Shown one piece after another: positions 41,509 to 54,436 of a stretch of 64,000 bases of DNA. Source of the stretch: an uncultured Mesorhizobium sp. (GTDB taxonomy: Bacteria > Pseudomonadota > Alphaproteobacteria > Rhizobiales > Rhizobiaceae). A model generated the notes under the pieces. It saw nothing but the letters and a program-made list of their open reading frames with translations, ran no database searches and was not told where the DNA came from. Where the stretch lies: contig CAZROU010000024.1 in assembly GCA_964601795.1 (NCBI GenBank), positions 772-64,771 on the forward strand, given 5' to 3'. How positions within the stretch are numbered: the stretch's first letter is position 1; every line of letters starts with the position of its first letter. Made by a program: the position numbers and the translations under genes.

Positions 41509-42339
41509 TTGGCAACAAAACTAAAAATCCCATGCGACACGGTTCGCCGTATGTTGCGCCTCGTAGGCATGGTGACCATCCTGATCGCAGGCTTAAGCGA
41601 TCTTGCCACCGCACAACCATCGCAGGACCTATACAGCGCACAGACCATCGTTACCGGCACGGGTGAGCCAAACCGCGTCATCGGCTTTCGCGCCTGTCTC
41701 GATCAAGTGATCGTCAAGGTATCGGGCGATCAACGCCTGCTTGCCGATCCGAAGATGACGAAGTTGCGAGATCAGGCCGGAGACTTCATCGACAGTTTCC
41801 GCTATCGCGATCGCCTTGAAGGCATCCCCGTTCATGACGAGCAAGGCACCCATGACCGGCCACACGATCTGACATGTCTCTATAAGCCCACGACTATCGA
41901 CGCTGTGCTGGCGGAACTTGGTCGCCGCCCCTGGTTGGATGAAAGGCCGAACTTGGCAATCATCCTTAACGTGACTGACCAGAACCGCTCCTTCCAACTA
42001 ACCGCAGACGGCACCGAAAGCCCCTACATGGCAGAATCGCTGGAGGCCGCGGCCACTCCTATGGCACTAGCCGTGACGCTACCCGAAACACGCCAACTCT
42101 CGGACCTGCAGAAGGGAACGCTGAAGGTTGATGAGATTGTCCGAGAGCTAGGGGCAGATCTCGCGCTCACCGGCAAGCTCATCTGGAGTCGCAAAGACCT
42201 TGGCTGGGTCGCCGAATGGCAACTCGCCTTTCATGGTCAAACCTATGAATGGCAAGAGCGCGGCGTCAGCTTCGACGAGGCTTTTCGTTTAGCCATACGC
42301 GGCGCTGCCCGGATATTGTCCGGCAATGGCCGGCCATGA
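41509..42339 (+). CDS. Exported protein (DUF2066-like); start uncertain
   Basis: Signal-like segment, DLYSAQTIVTG, VKVSGD, HDEQGTHDRP. Confidence 0.6.
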   Translation: MATKLKIPCDTVRRMLRLVGMVTILIAGLSDLATAQPSQDLYSAQTIVTGTGEPNRVIGFRACLDQVIVKVSGDQRLLADPKMTKLRDQAGDFIDSFRYRDRLEGIPVHDEQGTHDRPHDLTCLYKPTTIDAVLAELGRRPWLDERPNLAIILNVTDQNRSFQLTADGTESPYMAESLEAAATPMALAVTLPETRQLSDLQKGTLKVDEIVRELGADLALTGKLIWSRKDLGWVAEWQLAFHGQTYEWQERGVSFDEAFRLAIRGAARILSGNGRP

Positions 42340-42496
42340 GGGAATGGCACAACGATGTCGCATTGGTAGGCAAGGCCCCAGCGTGCTAAAAACCGCAGCA
42401 GAGAGCCAACGCGGGAATAGTCAGGGCCTTTTTTCCGTTTGGTAGCGTAGACAAAGTACCCGAGCGCAGCAGTTGCCGCTCGAGCGGAGTTTGGAA

Positions 42497-43528
42497 ATGA
42501 ACAGGTTCGCACCCACCAAAGCGGCAGGCGCGCTGAGCGTAGACGAGGTCACCAACTCCCGGCGGCTGAGGCGCATGCGCAAGGCGGCTTGGTCGCGCCG
42601 CCTCGTTCAGGAAAACCACCTCACCGTCGACGACCTGATCTGGCCGATGTTCGTCGTGGAAGGCACCAATGTGCGCCAACCGGTCGAAGCGATGCCCGGC
42701 GTCTTCCGCTACTCTGTCGATATCGCCGTCAAGCAAGCCGAACGCGCGGCCAAACTCGGCATTCCAGCCATCGCCACTTTCCCCAAGGTGGACCTCAGCC
42801 TGCGCGACGAAACGGGCTCGCACATTCTCGACCCTGACAACCTCATCAACCGCACCACCCGCGCCATCAAGGCAGCAGTGCCGGAGATCGGCATCATCAC
42901 CGATGCCGCGCTCGACCCATTCACCAGCCATGGCCATGACGGCATCCTTCGCGACGGCATTATCGTCAACGACGAGAGTGTGGAACAGATCACAGCAGCA
43001 GCGGTGCTGCAGGCGGCTGCCGGTTCGGACATCATCGCGCCATCGGACATGATGGATGGCCGCATCGGAGTTATCCGCTCGGCGCTCGACGCCAACGGTT
43101 TCCAGGACGTGGCGATCATGTCCTACGCGACGAAATTCGATTCAGCCTTCTATGGCCCCTACCGCGACGCGATCGGCACCGCTGGACTGCTCAAAGGCGA
43201 CAAGAAGACCTACTACATCAACAACGCCAATTCCGCCGAGGCGCTGCGCGAGGCCGAGCAGGACATTCTCGAAGGCGCGGACATGATCATGGTGAAGCCC
43301 GGCCTGCCCTATCTGGACATCGTGCGCCAGTTGAAGGACCAGTTCGCAATGCCGACCTTCGCCTATCAGGTGTCCGGCGAATATTCGATGATCAAGGCGG
43401 CGGCAGCCAATGGCTGGATCGACGGCGATCGCGCGATGCTGGAAAGCCTGCTCGCGCTGAAGCGGGCGGGCTGCGACGGCGTCCTCACCTATTTCGCGCC
43501 GACGGTCGCGGAGATGCTGAAGCGATAG
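42497..43528 (+). CDS. hemB: Porphobilinogen synthase (non-Zn, Asp-rich type)
   Basis: RRLRR, DAALDPFTSHGHDG, APSDMMDGRI, MVKPG, YQVSGEY. Confidence 0.97.
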   Translation: MNRFAPTKAAGALSVDEVTNSRRLRRMRKAAWSRRLVQENHLTVDDLIWPMFVVEGTNVRQPVEAMPGVFRYSVDIAVKQAERAAKLGIPAIATFPKVDLSLRDETGSHILDPDNLINRTTRAIKAAVPEIGIITDAALDPFTSHGHDGILRDGIIVNDESVEQITAAAVLQAAAGSDIIAPSDMMDGRIGVIRSALDANGFQDVAIMSYATKFDSAFYGPYRDAIGTAGLLKGDKKTYYINNANSAEALREAEQDILEGADMIMVKPGLPYLDIVRQLKDQFAMPTFAYQVSGEYSMIKAAAANGWIDGDRAMLESLLALKRAGCDGVLTYFAPTVAEMLKR

Positions 43529-43653
43529 CTGCATTCCTGACGGGTTTGTGTTCGAATGAACGTGCCGCCATGTGATATGCCCGGCACCACCGGCGTGCCC
43601 GACAATGAAAATTGCACGCGCCGCCGGTTTTGCGAACCAGTCAGGAATATCCA

Positions 43654-44703
43654 ATGGAATACCGCTATCTTGGCCGCTCAGGCCTGAAAATCTCGACGCT
43701 GACCATGGGCACCATGACGTTCGGCGGTGCCGGCAAATTCGCTGCCGTCGGCAAAACCGACGTAGCGGACGCCCGCCGCCTGATCGACATCTGCCTCGAT
43801 GCGGGCATCAACCTGATCGACACGGCGAACGTCTATTCCAACGGATTGTCGGAAGAGATCATAGGCGAGGTGTTGGACGGCAAGCGCAAGAACGATGTTC
43901 TGATCGCTTCCAAGGCGCGCCTCAAGATCGGCTCCGGCCCGAATGACGAGGGCCTGTCGCGCCACCACCTGATCCGCGAATGCGAGCGCAGCCTGAAGCG
44001 GCTCAAGACCGACGTGATCGACATCTATCTTTTGCATGAGTGGGATGGGCTGACGCCGGTTGAGGAAACCATGGCGGCGCTCGACACGCTGGTGGAACAG
44101 GGCAAGGTCCGCTACGTCGGCTGCTCCAATTTTTCCGGCTGGCACATCATGAAGGCGTTGGGCGTAGCTGAGCGAAACAACCATCCGCGCTTCGTGACGC
44201 AACAGATCCACTACACGCTGGAAGCGCGTGAGGCGGAATACGAGTTGCTGCCGATCTCCGTCGACCAAGGTCTTGGCATCATGGTCTGGAGCCCGCTTGC
44301 CGGCGGCCTTTTGTCTGGAAAATATAGCCGCGAGCAGGAAACCGCACGGCAATTGTCGGGATGGCATGAACCGCCGATCCGCGATGAAGACCGGCTTTGG
44401 CGCATCGTCGATGCGCTCAACGGCATCGCCAAGGAGCGCAACGTCTCGTCCGCCCAGATCGCGCTTGCCTGGCTGCTGCAGCGCCCGGCTATATCGACGC
44501 TGGTGATCGGAGGGCGCAACGAAGCGCAGTTCAAGGACAATATCGCCGCAGCCAGCCTTGTTCTGAGCGAGGAAGAAAAGAAGCGGCTCGACGCAGTCAG
44601 CCTGCCGCCGGTGATCTATCCCTACTGGCACCAGCAGGCCACCGCCCACAGGAGTTTTGGCGCCGCGGATATGGTTCTGGATCGTAAAAGCCCGCGAAGC
44701 TGA
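43654..44703 (+). CDS. Aldo/keto reductase
   Basis: MEYRYLGRSGL, IDTANVYS, GKVRYVGCSN, WSPLAGG. Confidence 0.93.
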   Translation: MEYRYLGRSGLKISTLTMGTMTFGGAGKFAAVGKTDVADARRLIDICLDAGINLIDTANVYSNGLSEEIIGEVLDGKRKNDVLIASKARLKIGSGPNDEGLSRHHLIRECERSLKRLKTDVIDIYLLHEWDGLTPVEETMAALDTLVEQGKVRYVGCSNFSGWHIMKALGVAERNNHPRFVTQQIHYTLEAREAEYELLPISVDQGLGIMVWSPLAGGLLSGKYSREQETARQLSGWHEPPIRDEDRLWRIVDALNGIAKERNVSSAQIALAWLLQRPAISTLVIGGRNEAQFKDNIAAASLVLSEEEKKRLDAVSLPPVIYPYWHQQATAHRSFGAADMVLDRKSPRS

Positions 44704-44715
44704 GACCAGTTCCCC

Positions 44716-45936
44716 GTGACGACCGCAACCGGTGCCCCTGACGACGCGCTAAGCATCCACTGGCGGCGAAATCTCGCCGTCTGCTTCCTTGGCTCGTTCA
44801 CCACCATCGTGGCGATGACGCTCCTGTTGCCGTTTCTCCCGCTCTATGTGGAGGAACTCGGCGCACAGGGCCATGCAGCGATCGTGCAGTGGTCCGGTAT
44901 CGCCTATGGCGCGACATTCCTCGCAGCCGCACTCGTCGCGCCGCTTTGGGGCAGGCTCGGCGACCGCTACGGCCGCAAGCTGATGCTAGTGCGCGCCAGC
45001 CTCGGCATGGCCGTCTGCATGTCGCTGATGGGCATGGTGCAAAGCGTCGAGCAACTTGTGCTGTTGCGGCTGCTGGTCGGCTTTGCCGGCGGATACTCTT
45101 CCGGCTCGACGATCCTGGTTGCCATGCAGACGCCGAAGGAACGCTCCGGCTGGGCGCTGGGCGTTCTGTCGGCCGGTATCATGGGAGGTAATCTCGTTGG
45201 GCCACTGATTGGTGGCGGGCTGCCGCCGCTGATCGGCATCCGCGCCACTTTCCTGCTTTGCGGCGGCGTCATCTTTCTTGCCTTTCTTGCCACGAGTTTC
45301 CTGATCAAGGAGGAACGGCAAGCCCCGGGCAAGACCAAAGCGAAGCAGGAAGGCGCATGGCAGGCGATCCCAGACAAGCGCCCGGTCGTTGCGATGCTGT
45401 TCACCGGCATGCTCTTGATGTTTGCGAACATGTCGATCGAGCCGATCATCACCGTCTACGTAGCGCAACTGGTGGAAGACCAGGCCCGGGTGACACTCGT
45501 TGCCGGCGTGGTGATGTCGGCGGCGGCACTAGGCAGCATCGTATCGGCTTCGCGACTTGGCAGGCTTGCAGACCACGTGGGGCACTGGAACGTCGTGACA
45601 GTAGCGCTCGCAGTCGCATCGCTGTTGCTCATCCCGCAGGCCTTCGTCACCGAAGGCTGGCAATTGGTGGTGCTGCGCTTTCTCATGGGGCTTGCACTCG
45701 GCGGTCTTTTGCCATCGATCACCAGCGTCATCCGCCACAACGTGCCGGATCGCGTCGGCGGGAATGTGCTTGGCTATTCGATCTCGGCCCAATATGTCGG
45801 ACAGGTAGCTGGCCCGGTGCTTGGCGGCTTTGTCGGGGGCCATTTCGGCATGCCGGCAGTTTTCCTTGGAACAAGCGTGCTTCTGGCATTTGGCGCAGCG
45901 TACAACTGGCTTGCCCAAACCCATCGCAATCAGTGA
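44716..45936 (+). CDS. MFS efflux transporter (MdtG-like)
   Basis: WRRNL, PFLPLY, WGRLGDRYGRKLMLVRA. Confidence 0.88.
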   Translation: MTTATGAPDDALSIHWRRNLAVCFLGSFTTIVAMTLLLPFLPLYVEELGAQGHAAIVQWSGIAYGATFLAAALVAPLWGRLGDRYGRKLMLVRASLGMAVCMSLMGMVQSVEQLVLLRLLVGFAGGYSSGSTILVAMQTPKERSGWALGVLSAGIMGGNLVGPLIGGGLPPLIGIRATFLLCGGVIFLAFLATSFLIKEERQAPGKTKAKQEGAWQAIPDKRPVVAMLFTGMLLMFANMSIEPIITVYVAQLVEDQARVTLVAGVVMSAAALGSIVSASRLGRLADHVGHWNVVTVALAVASLLLIPQAFVTEGWQLVVLRFLMGLALGGLLPSITSVIRHNVPDRVGGNVLGYSISAQYVGQVAGPVLGGFVGGHFGMPAVFLGTSVLLAFGAAYNWLAQTHRNQ

Positions 45937-45954
45937 CTTCGCGGAGATACCGAC

Positions 45955-46320
45955 ATGAATCGCATTCTTGTGTTTGCCGCCGGGCTTTGTGGAGCGGCGG
46001 GCGTTGTGCTGTCAGCGGCAGCATCGCATCGTGGCGGTGCATTTATCGGCACGGCAGCATCTTTCCTGCTCATGCATGCGCCAGTATTTCTTGCCGTCGG
46101 CCTGTTTGATGCCAACCGCATACTGCGCACGGCAAGCTACATCCTGCTAGTCGGACTGGTTCTTTTCAGCGGCGATCTGCTGGCTCGCGACTTCGTGGGC
46201 TCGCGGCTGTTCCCGTTTGCCGCGCCAGTCGGCGGCACGCTTCTCATCGCCGGATGGCTTGCCATCGTCCTTTCGGCGCTGCGCCCGACAGCGAAGCAAG
46301 AAGCGGCCGACGAATCTTGA
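45955..46320 (+). CDS. DUF423 family membrane protein
   Basis: AAASH, LFSGDL, APVGGTLLIAGW. Confidence 0.8.
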   Translation: MNRILVFAAGLCGAAGVVLSAAASHRGGAFIGTAASFLLMHAPVFLAVGLFDANRILRTASYILLVGLVLFSGDLLARDFVGSRLFPFAAPVGGTLLIAGWLAIVLSALRPTAKQEAADES

Positions 46321-46390
46321 AATAGGCCACCTATTCTCCCATCTGATGCCTACCGGCTTAAACGAGTAAGCCGAACCAGAAGGGGTAATC

Positions 46391-46861
46391 ATGAACGCGC
46401 GCGTTCTCGACGGTGAAATCGTTACCAATCGACTGGACGACGTGCGCGCCTATGAGGGAGTACGCACCCGCCGTATCCTGGCTTTTGCGATCGACTATCT
46501 CATCGTCGGATTGCTGACTATCCCGTTCGCCATACTGGTTCTAGTTCTCGGTCTGCTGACATTCGGCATTGGTTGGGCGCTGTTCGGCATTCTGGTGCCG
46601 GTCGTGGCCATCCTCTACATCTGGAACACCTTGGGCAGCGCCGATCAGGCAACCACCGGCATGAAGATGATGAATATACGCCTTGACCGGCTCGATGGGC
46701 GGCGTATCGACGGGCTGACCGCCGTGGTTCATTCCGTGCTGTTTTGGGCGGGCAACGTAATCCTGACACCGCTAATCCTGCTGGTTACGCTATTTTCCAA
46801 CCGCAAGCGCACATTGCATGACCTTTTGCTCGGAACGGTGGTTTCGCGCACCGACCGCTGA
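46391..46861 (+). CDS. RDD family protein
   Basis: RRILAFAIDY, ATTGMK, RTLHDLLLGT. Confidence 0.9.
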   Translation: MNARVLDGEIVTNRLDDVRAYEGVRTRRILAFAIDYLIVGLLTIPFAILVLVLGLLTFGIGWALFGILVPVVAILYIWNTLGSADQATTGMKMMNIRLDRLDGRRIDGLTAVVHSVLFWAGNVILTPLILLVTLFSNRKRTLHDLLLGTVVSRTDR

Positions 46862-46904
46862 GCGGGCTTGTGTAAATCTTTGCTCCCGCATAAGCTACCC
46901 GCGA

Positions 46905-46955
46905 TGGGGATGGAGTTCCCCCGAAACCGCCTGTAAAGGCTGATGACTCCTACCG
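46905..46955 (+). promoter_or_regulatory. Fluoride riboswitch (crcB motif)
   Basis: GGGGATGGAGTTCCCC...AACCGCC...GGCTGATGACTCCTAC matches the fluoride aptamer; directly upstream of crcB. Confidence 0.92.
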
Positions 46956-46988
46956 CAACGAAACCGCGGTAGGGGTGCGTCTTCAAGA

Positions 46989-47011
46989 CCCCGCCGCAAG
47001 CGGGTTTTTTT
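46989..47011 (+). terminator. Intrinsic terminator in the riboswitch leader
   Basis: CCCGC-CGCAA-GCGGG followed by T7. Confidence 0.7.
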
Positions 47012-47038
47012 ATGCCCGCTCATATGGGGTATGACCAA

Positions 47039-47491
47039 ATGTCCTTTTACACGTGCCTCGCAGTCATGATCGGTGGCGCGATCGGTAGCCTCGCCCGCTA
47101 TGTGATCTCGGTCCTGGCGCTGCCAATCTCAGGCTCACTGCCGTGGGGCACCATTCTCATCAATATCGTTGGCTCGTTTGTCATAGGTCTGTTTGGCACG
47201 CTGACACTGGCAGATGGTCGCTACCCGGCGTCGGAAAGCGCGCGCCTGTTTGTGATGATCGGCCTTTGCGGAGGTTTCACCACTTTCTCTTCATTCAGCC
47301 TGCAGACGCTGGACCTGCTGCGCAACGGCGCAGTCGTGCGGGCGTCGGCAAATATCGCGGCATCGGTGATACTGTGCGTCGGCGCAGTGGCCGTCGGACA
47401 CCTCATTGCGACGCATTTCAATCGGGATGTTCGCATAGCCCAGATTGCCATCGAAGAAGAAGGCAGTCCTGTACCACCGCAAAACTCTTGA
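47039..47491 (+). CDS. crcB: Fluoride channel CrcB/FluC
   Basis: GGAIGSLARY, PWGTILINIVGSF, GLCGGFTTFSSF. Confidence 0.95.
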   Translation: MSFYTCLAVMIGGAIGSLARYVISVLALPISGSLPWGTILINIVGSFVIGLFGTLTLADGRYPASESARLFVMIGLCGGFTTFSSFSLQTLDLLRNGAVVRASANIAASVILCVGAVAVGHLIATHFNRDVRIAQIAIEEEGSPVPPQNS

Positions 47492-47546
47492 ATTTTTTGC
47501 AGACCACGCCAAGGTAGAGCGAGTCGTGGAGTTACTTTTTGGCTAG

Positions 47547-48299
47547 ATGACGCACCACCCGACCCAGTCGCCGCAGTTTTTCCTGACAGCGCCATCGCCC
47601 TGCCCGTATCTCGATGGCCAGTTTGAGCGCAAGGTTTTCACCCACCTTGTCGGCGACAAGGCTCCAGAGATGAACGATCTGCTGACGCAAGGCGGTTTCC
47701 GACGTTCGCAAAACATCGCCTACCGTCCGGCGTGCGAGACCTGCCGCGCCTGTGTTTCGGTGCGCATCGTGACCCAGGAATTCGTACCGAGCCGCAACAT
47801 GCGCCGCGTGATGCAGGAAAATGACGACCTTGTCGGCGTCATGCAGGCTGCGGAACCATCGACCGAGCAATACTCGCTGTTTCGTGCCTATCTGGATGCC
47901 CGTCACCGTCGTGGCGGCATGTCGGACATGACCGTGCTGGACTATGCCATGATGGTTGAGGACACGCACGTCGATACGAAGATCATCGAATATCGCCGTC
48001 GCGGCCCGGATACCTTCATCACGGGCAAGGGTCAGGGCGAACTCATCGCGGTGGCGTTGACAGACAAGATGGCTGATGGGCTGTCGATGGTCTATTCCTA
48101 CTTCAATCCCGAGTTGGACAGCCGCTCCCTCGGCACGTTCATGATTCTCGACCACATCAATCGCGCCAAGGCAATGGGATTGCCCCATGTCTATCTCGGC
48201 TACTGGGTCAATGGCTCACGCAAGATGAACTATAAGATGCGCTTCCAGCCGCAGGAGCACTTGGGCCCAAAAGGCTGGGAGCGCTACTCGGGTACGTGA
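47547..48299 (+). CDS. ate: Bacterial Ate-like aminoacyl transferase (Bpt)
   Basis: [39 protein letters not shown]...MNYK. Confidence 0.92.
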   Translation: MTHHPTQSPQFFLTAPSPCPYLDGQFERKVFTHLVGDKAPEMNDLLTQGGFRRSQNIAYRPACETCRACVSVRIVTQEFVPSRNMRRVMQENDDLVGVMQAAEPSTEQYSLFRAYLDARHRRGGMSDMTVLDYAMMVEDTHVDTKIIEYRRRGPDTFITGKGQGELIAVALTDKMADGLSMVYSYFNPELDSRSLGTFMILDHINRAKAMGLPHVYLGYWVNGSRKMNYKMRFQPQEHLGPKGWERYSGT

Positions 48300-48372
48300 C
48301 GACGCGCATCCGGCCTAAACAGAATGGCCTGCCGTTAGCCCTGCAGGACTGACCTTCTTCATTTAAATCTGG

Positions 48373-49302
48373 ATGTCCCTTCATCCGCCAGCCGGGGTCT
48401 TTGCCTTGCCAGAAACAAACCACCACACCAAGGGTCTTGTTTTGACCGCCATAGGCGGCATGGCCTTGACGGTGGATATTCCATTGATCCGTCTCGCCAA
48501 TGGTGAAGCATGGTCAATTCTTCTCGTTCGCAGCGGCACGACTTTTCTGGCTGCCCTCGTGATCTGGGCGGTCTGGCGTTGGCTGACACCGAAAGCGCCG
48601 CAACTGATACCCGGACGGGACGGGCTGGTAGTCGCAACGCTTTACGGCGTTGGGTCGATCACTTTCATTACCGCGGTGTTTCACACTTCAACTGCAGATC
48701 TCGTCTTCATTCTCGCGTTCAACACGATGTTTGCAGCGCTTCTGTCATGGCTGTTTCTGCGCGAGAGACCTCGCCCTGCAACATTGATTGCAATGGCATT
48801 GATGATCTTCGGCGTGATGATCATCGTCAGCAGTTCGCTTGGAACCGGCAACCTGTTCGGCAACCTGATGGCGCTTGCCTCGGCGTTCTGCATTGCCTCG
48901 GCCATCACCATTTCACGCGCCAGCGGCAAGGACATGGGCTTTACCGCACTGGTCGGCGTGATCTTTCCGTTCGCCATCGCGGCCTACATGGTGTCCGGCA
49001 TCGGCTTCCATATCGCCGAACCGTGGTGGATCATCTTCAACGGCGCTGTCATCATGCCAATTTCGTTTTTCTGTCTCGCAAATGGACCCAAATACATTTC
49101 GGGCCCTGAGGTAGCGATGTTCTACCTGCTCGAGACCGTGCTTGCGCCAGTCTGGGTCTGGATGATCTTTTTGGAAGTGCCGACGCGCAACAGCCTGATC
49201 GGCGGAGCGATTCTGATCGTCACGCTTATCGCGCATTCAACATGGCAGTTGCTCGAGGGGCGCAAGCGGCGGGCCGCTTCCGTGGTTCGTCACCCGGCCT
49301 GA
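48373..49302 (+). CDS. DMT (EamA) family transporter
   Basis: About 10 TM, two EamA-like halves, LLETVLAPVWVW. Confidence 0.85.
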   Translation: MSLHPPAGVFALPETNHHTKGLVLTAIGGMALTVDIPLIRLANGEAWSILLVRSGTTFLAALVIWAVWRWLTPKAPQLIPGRDGLVVATLYGVGSITFITAVFHTSTADLVFILAFNTMFAALLSWLFLRERPRPATLIAMALMIFGVMIIVSSSLGTGNLFGNLMALASAFCIASAITISRASGKDMGFTALVGVIFPFAIAAYMVSGIGFHIAEPWWIIFNGAVIMPISFFCLANGPKYISGPEVAMFYLLETVLAPVWVWMIFLEVPTRNSLIGGAILIVTLIAHSTWQLLEGRKRRAASVVRHPA

Positions 49303-50561
49303 GTCGTTCGCGACGAGCGATATTCTGACGTCTGTTCTTCCTCGATTGTCAGCGTCGTTTCGCGCTGCCCAACAAGCACGGACGAAACCGGCACAACTTC
49401 GGTCACTTCCGTCTCGTGCAGCCATTCGCGCCAGATCGCCACCAGCAGCGCCATCAACACCGGCCCAACGAAGAGGCCGACAAACCCCATCGTCTTGACC
49501 CCACCGACCAAACCAAAAAATGTCGGCAGGAATGGGAGCTTGATGGGTCCACCAACCAACTTTGGCCGCAACGTCTTGTCGACGATGAAGAGTTCCACCG
49601 TTCCCCACATGAATAGTGCGACACCGGCAAAAGGCGAGCCGCTGGCAATGAGATACATCGATACGAGCGTGAAGGAGAGCGGCGCACCACCCGGAATCAA
49701 GGCCATGAGACCGGTCAGGGCGCCAAGCGTCACCGGCGATGGAACGCCCGCCAACCAATAGGCGATGCCGAGCACGACACCCTCGCCTATTGCGATCAGC
49801 GTCATGCCCGTTACCGTAGAGCTGATCGTCGCCGGTACCACGCGAGATATCCGCTCCCAGCGCGTCGGAAGTATACGCTCGCCGATCCGGTCGATCTGGG
49901 CTGCAAAGGCTTCGCCGTCCCGATAGGTAAAAAAGAGCGCAATCAGCATGAAAAGCAGCGCCAATAGCAGGCTGAAGACGCTACCGCCGGCAGCGACCAC
50001 ACCACGATAGATGCTGCCGATGTTGGCACCGCTGACCAGTTGGATCAATTCGCCGATACCGCCCGGATGGTTGAAGGTAACCGTCCACTGTTCATCAAGC
50101 CACCCGCCGACTACCGGTAGCGCCATGATCCAGTGCGGCGTTGGCGCGCCGATCCTGTTGGCCTCGACAGCCCAGACCACCCATTCGTGGATTTCGTTGA
50201 AGGCATAGGTGCTGGCGAAGGCAATTGGCACGATCAGGAACGTCAGGATCAAAAGGATCGCACAGGTGGCAGCTATCGTACGACTCCCACCGACTGCAGC
50301 CAGCAGCCGCCGATAAAGCGGCCAACTCGCAAAGGCGATTATGAGCGCCGCCAACACGGGCACCAGAAAGCCGTGGAAGAAGTAGACACCTGCAGCGACG
50401 ATCAGGATAAGAAGCCAGCGCGCTGCCGACAGAGGCTGAACCACTGCGGCCCGGACGGGTGCGGCGCGGCCCATCAAACGCAATTCGCGCCTGTTCTTGT
50501 GAATTTCCTGTTCGTTCAAACGCTGTTTCTCCAATCCCGCGCCATTGGTGATCTTAAGCAC
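49290..50561 (-). CDS. AI-2E family transporter; start uncertain
   Basis: FFTYRDG, DKTLRPKLVGG, GLVGGVKTMGFVGLFVGPV. Confidence 0.88.
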   Translation of the reverse strand: MLKITNGAGLEKQRLNEQEIHKNRRELRLMGRAAPVRAAVVQPLSAARWLLILIVAAGVYFFHGFLVPVLAALIIAFASWPLYRRLLAAVGGSRTIAATCAILLILTFLIVPIAFASTYAFNEIHEWVVWAVEANRIGAPTPHWIMALPVVGGWLDEQWTVTFNHPGGIGELIQLVSGANIGSIYRGVVAAGGSVFSLLLALLFMLIALFFTYRDGEAFAAQIDRIGERILPTRWERISRVVPATISSTVTGMTLIAIGEGVVLGIAYWLAGVPSPVTLGALTGLMALIPGGAPLSFTLVSMYLIASGSPFAGVALFMWGTVELFIVDKTLRPKLVGGPIKLPFLPTFFGLVGGVKTMGFVGLFVGPVLMALLVAIWREWLHETEVTEVVPVSSVLVGQRETTLTIEEEQTSEYRSSRTTQAG

Positions 50562-50647
50562 TATGCGCCGGCATTGTGCAGCAATCGTTACAGCAAGCCA
50601 ACCTGACGAAAGTTTGCCCGATTGCGCAATTGGACTTCAGGCTCGGC

Positions 50648-52906
<2,259 letters not shown>

Positions 52907-53165
52907 GAGTTTGGACTAGCCGAGGCACTGATTCGCGGCAAGGGCAAGACGCAAACGACAAAATCCACGTCCCAGTTTCCACAGATCGGCCAACGCCGAG
53001 GTCAGGACCTGTTAAACAACAGGCGAGGTGTCGCGTGGCGGCAATTGCCTTTTTTCGCGAATTTCGACCAATGTGACGCGACTGCCTTGCTCCGGTCCAG
53101 TTCTTTCCGGACTGAAATTACAGATGAAGAAATTCCACCAGCCTCAGGCACTTTTGGAGCCCGCG

Positions 53166-54359
53166 ATGATTATCCACCGCACGACTTTTCAGAAACTGGC
53201 TTTCTCAACCTTTCTGTTCGGCATGACCTTGAGCCCCGCGCTGGCCCAGGACACAGCGGCGGTTGCCGAGCGACTGAAGGCGCTTCTTTCAAATCAGGGC
53301 ATGGATATCGGCTGGTCCGGAATTTCTGGCGATACCTCCAGCATGGTTCTTGAAGGCGTGACCGTGAAGCCAGTTGCGGAAAAGGAGGGGCTGGCCATCG
53401 GGAACATAACGCTGGAAGGAATCAGCGAGGCCAATGGCGGCTATGTGGTCGACACGGTCTCGACCGACACGTTCTCCAAAAGCGAGGACGGCGCGACCAT
53501 AGATGTAAGTCCATTCATTATTCACGACATGACGATTGCCGCCGAAGGCAGCACGGATCCGCTCGCTTCGGTGATGATCTACAAGTCGGCTGAACTGGCC
53601 AACCTGTCCGTCAAGGTGGCCGACAAGACGGCGTTTTCAATGGAAAACTTTTCTGTGGAAGTAACGCCGCCTGCTGACGGCGAGGCGATGGCTTTCACCG
53701 GTTCAGCCGAAAAGTTTACCGGCGACCTCTCGCTGGTCCAAGATCCTAAATCCCGTGAAGTCATTGACGCTCTCGGCTACCAGACAATTTCGGGCCACCT
53801 GGGGCTTGCAGGCTCATGGCAGCCAACCGACGGCAAGATGAAGCTTTCCCAGTATGACATCACCATCGACGATGCCGGAACGTTCGGTATGACCTTCGAT
53901 GTCAGCGGCTACACTGTCGACTTCATCAAGTCGCTCCAGGATATGCAGAAACAAATGGCTGCGCAGCCTGAGGGTGCGGACAAGTCGGCACAAGGCATGG
54001 CGATGCTGGGTCTGATGCAGCAATTGACCTTCAATGGAGCGTCAATCCGCTTTCACGACGATTCGCTGACCGGCCGGCTTCTGGAATATTTCGGCAAGCA
54101 GCAGGGCATGTCCGCCAAAGATGTCGCCAACCAGGCAAAGGCGATCGTGCCTTTCGGACTGGCTCAGCTCAATAACCCCGAACTGACGGCGCAAGCTGCT
54201 GCCGCCGTCAGCCAATACCTCGACGACCCCAAAAGCATCGCGATTTCGGCGCAACCGGCCTCCCCGGTTCCCTTTGCGATGATCATGGCAGATGCAATGT
54301 CCAATCCGCTCAATCTTACGAAGACTCTTGGCGTGGCGGTCAAGGCAAACGAGAACTGA
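53166..54359 (+). CDS. Exported hypothetical protein
   Basis: Signal peptide ending ALA-QD; GGAG before ATG 53166; long ORF followed by a terminator. Confidence 0.75.
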   Translation: MIIHRTTFQKLAFSTFLFGMTLSPALAQDTAAVAERLKALLSNQGMDIGWSGISGDTSSMVLEGVTVKPVAEKEGLAIGNITLEGISEANGGYVVDTVSTDTFSKSEDGATIDVSPFIIHDMTIAAEGSTDPLASVMIYKSAELANLSVKVADKTAFSMENFSVEVTPPADGEAMAFTGSAEKFTGDLSLVQDPKSREVIDALGYQTISGHLGLAGSWQPTDGKMKLSQYDITIDDAGTFGMTFDVSGYTVDFIKSLQDMQKQMAAQPEGADKSAQGMAMLGLMQQLTFNGASIRFHDDSLTGRLLEYFGKQQGMSAKDVANQAKAIVPFGLAQLNNPELTAQAAAAVSQYLDDPKSIAISAQPASPVPFAMIMADAMSNPLNLTKTLGVAVKANEN

Positions 54360-54380
54360 TGGTAGAACGCTTGAAATCAG

Positions 54381-54412
54381 GAAAGGCCGCACCGTCGCAG
54401 TTGCGGCCTTTC
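54381..54412. terminator. Bidirectional intrinsic terminator
   Basis: GAAAGGCCGCA...TGCGGCCTTTC between convergent genes. Confidence 0.8.
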
Positions 54413-54436
54413 TTTATTGAACAATCGGTAAGTCGT

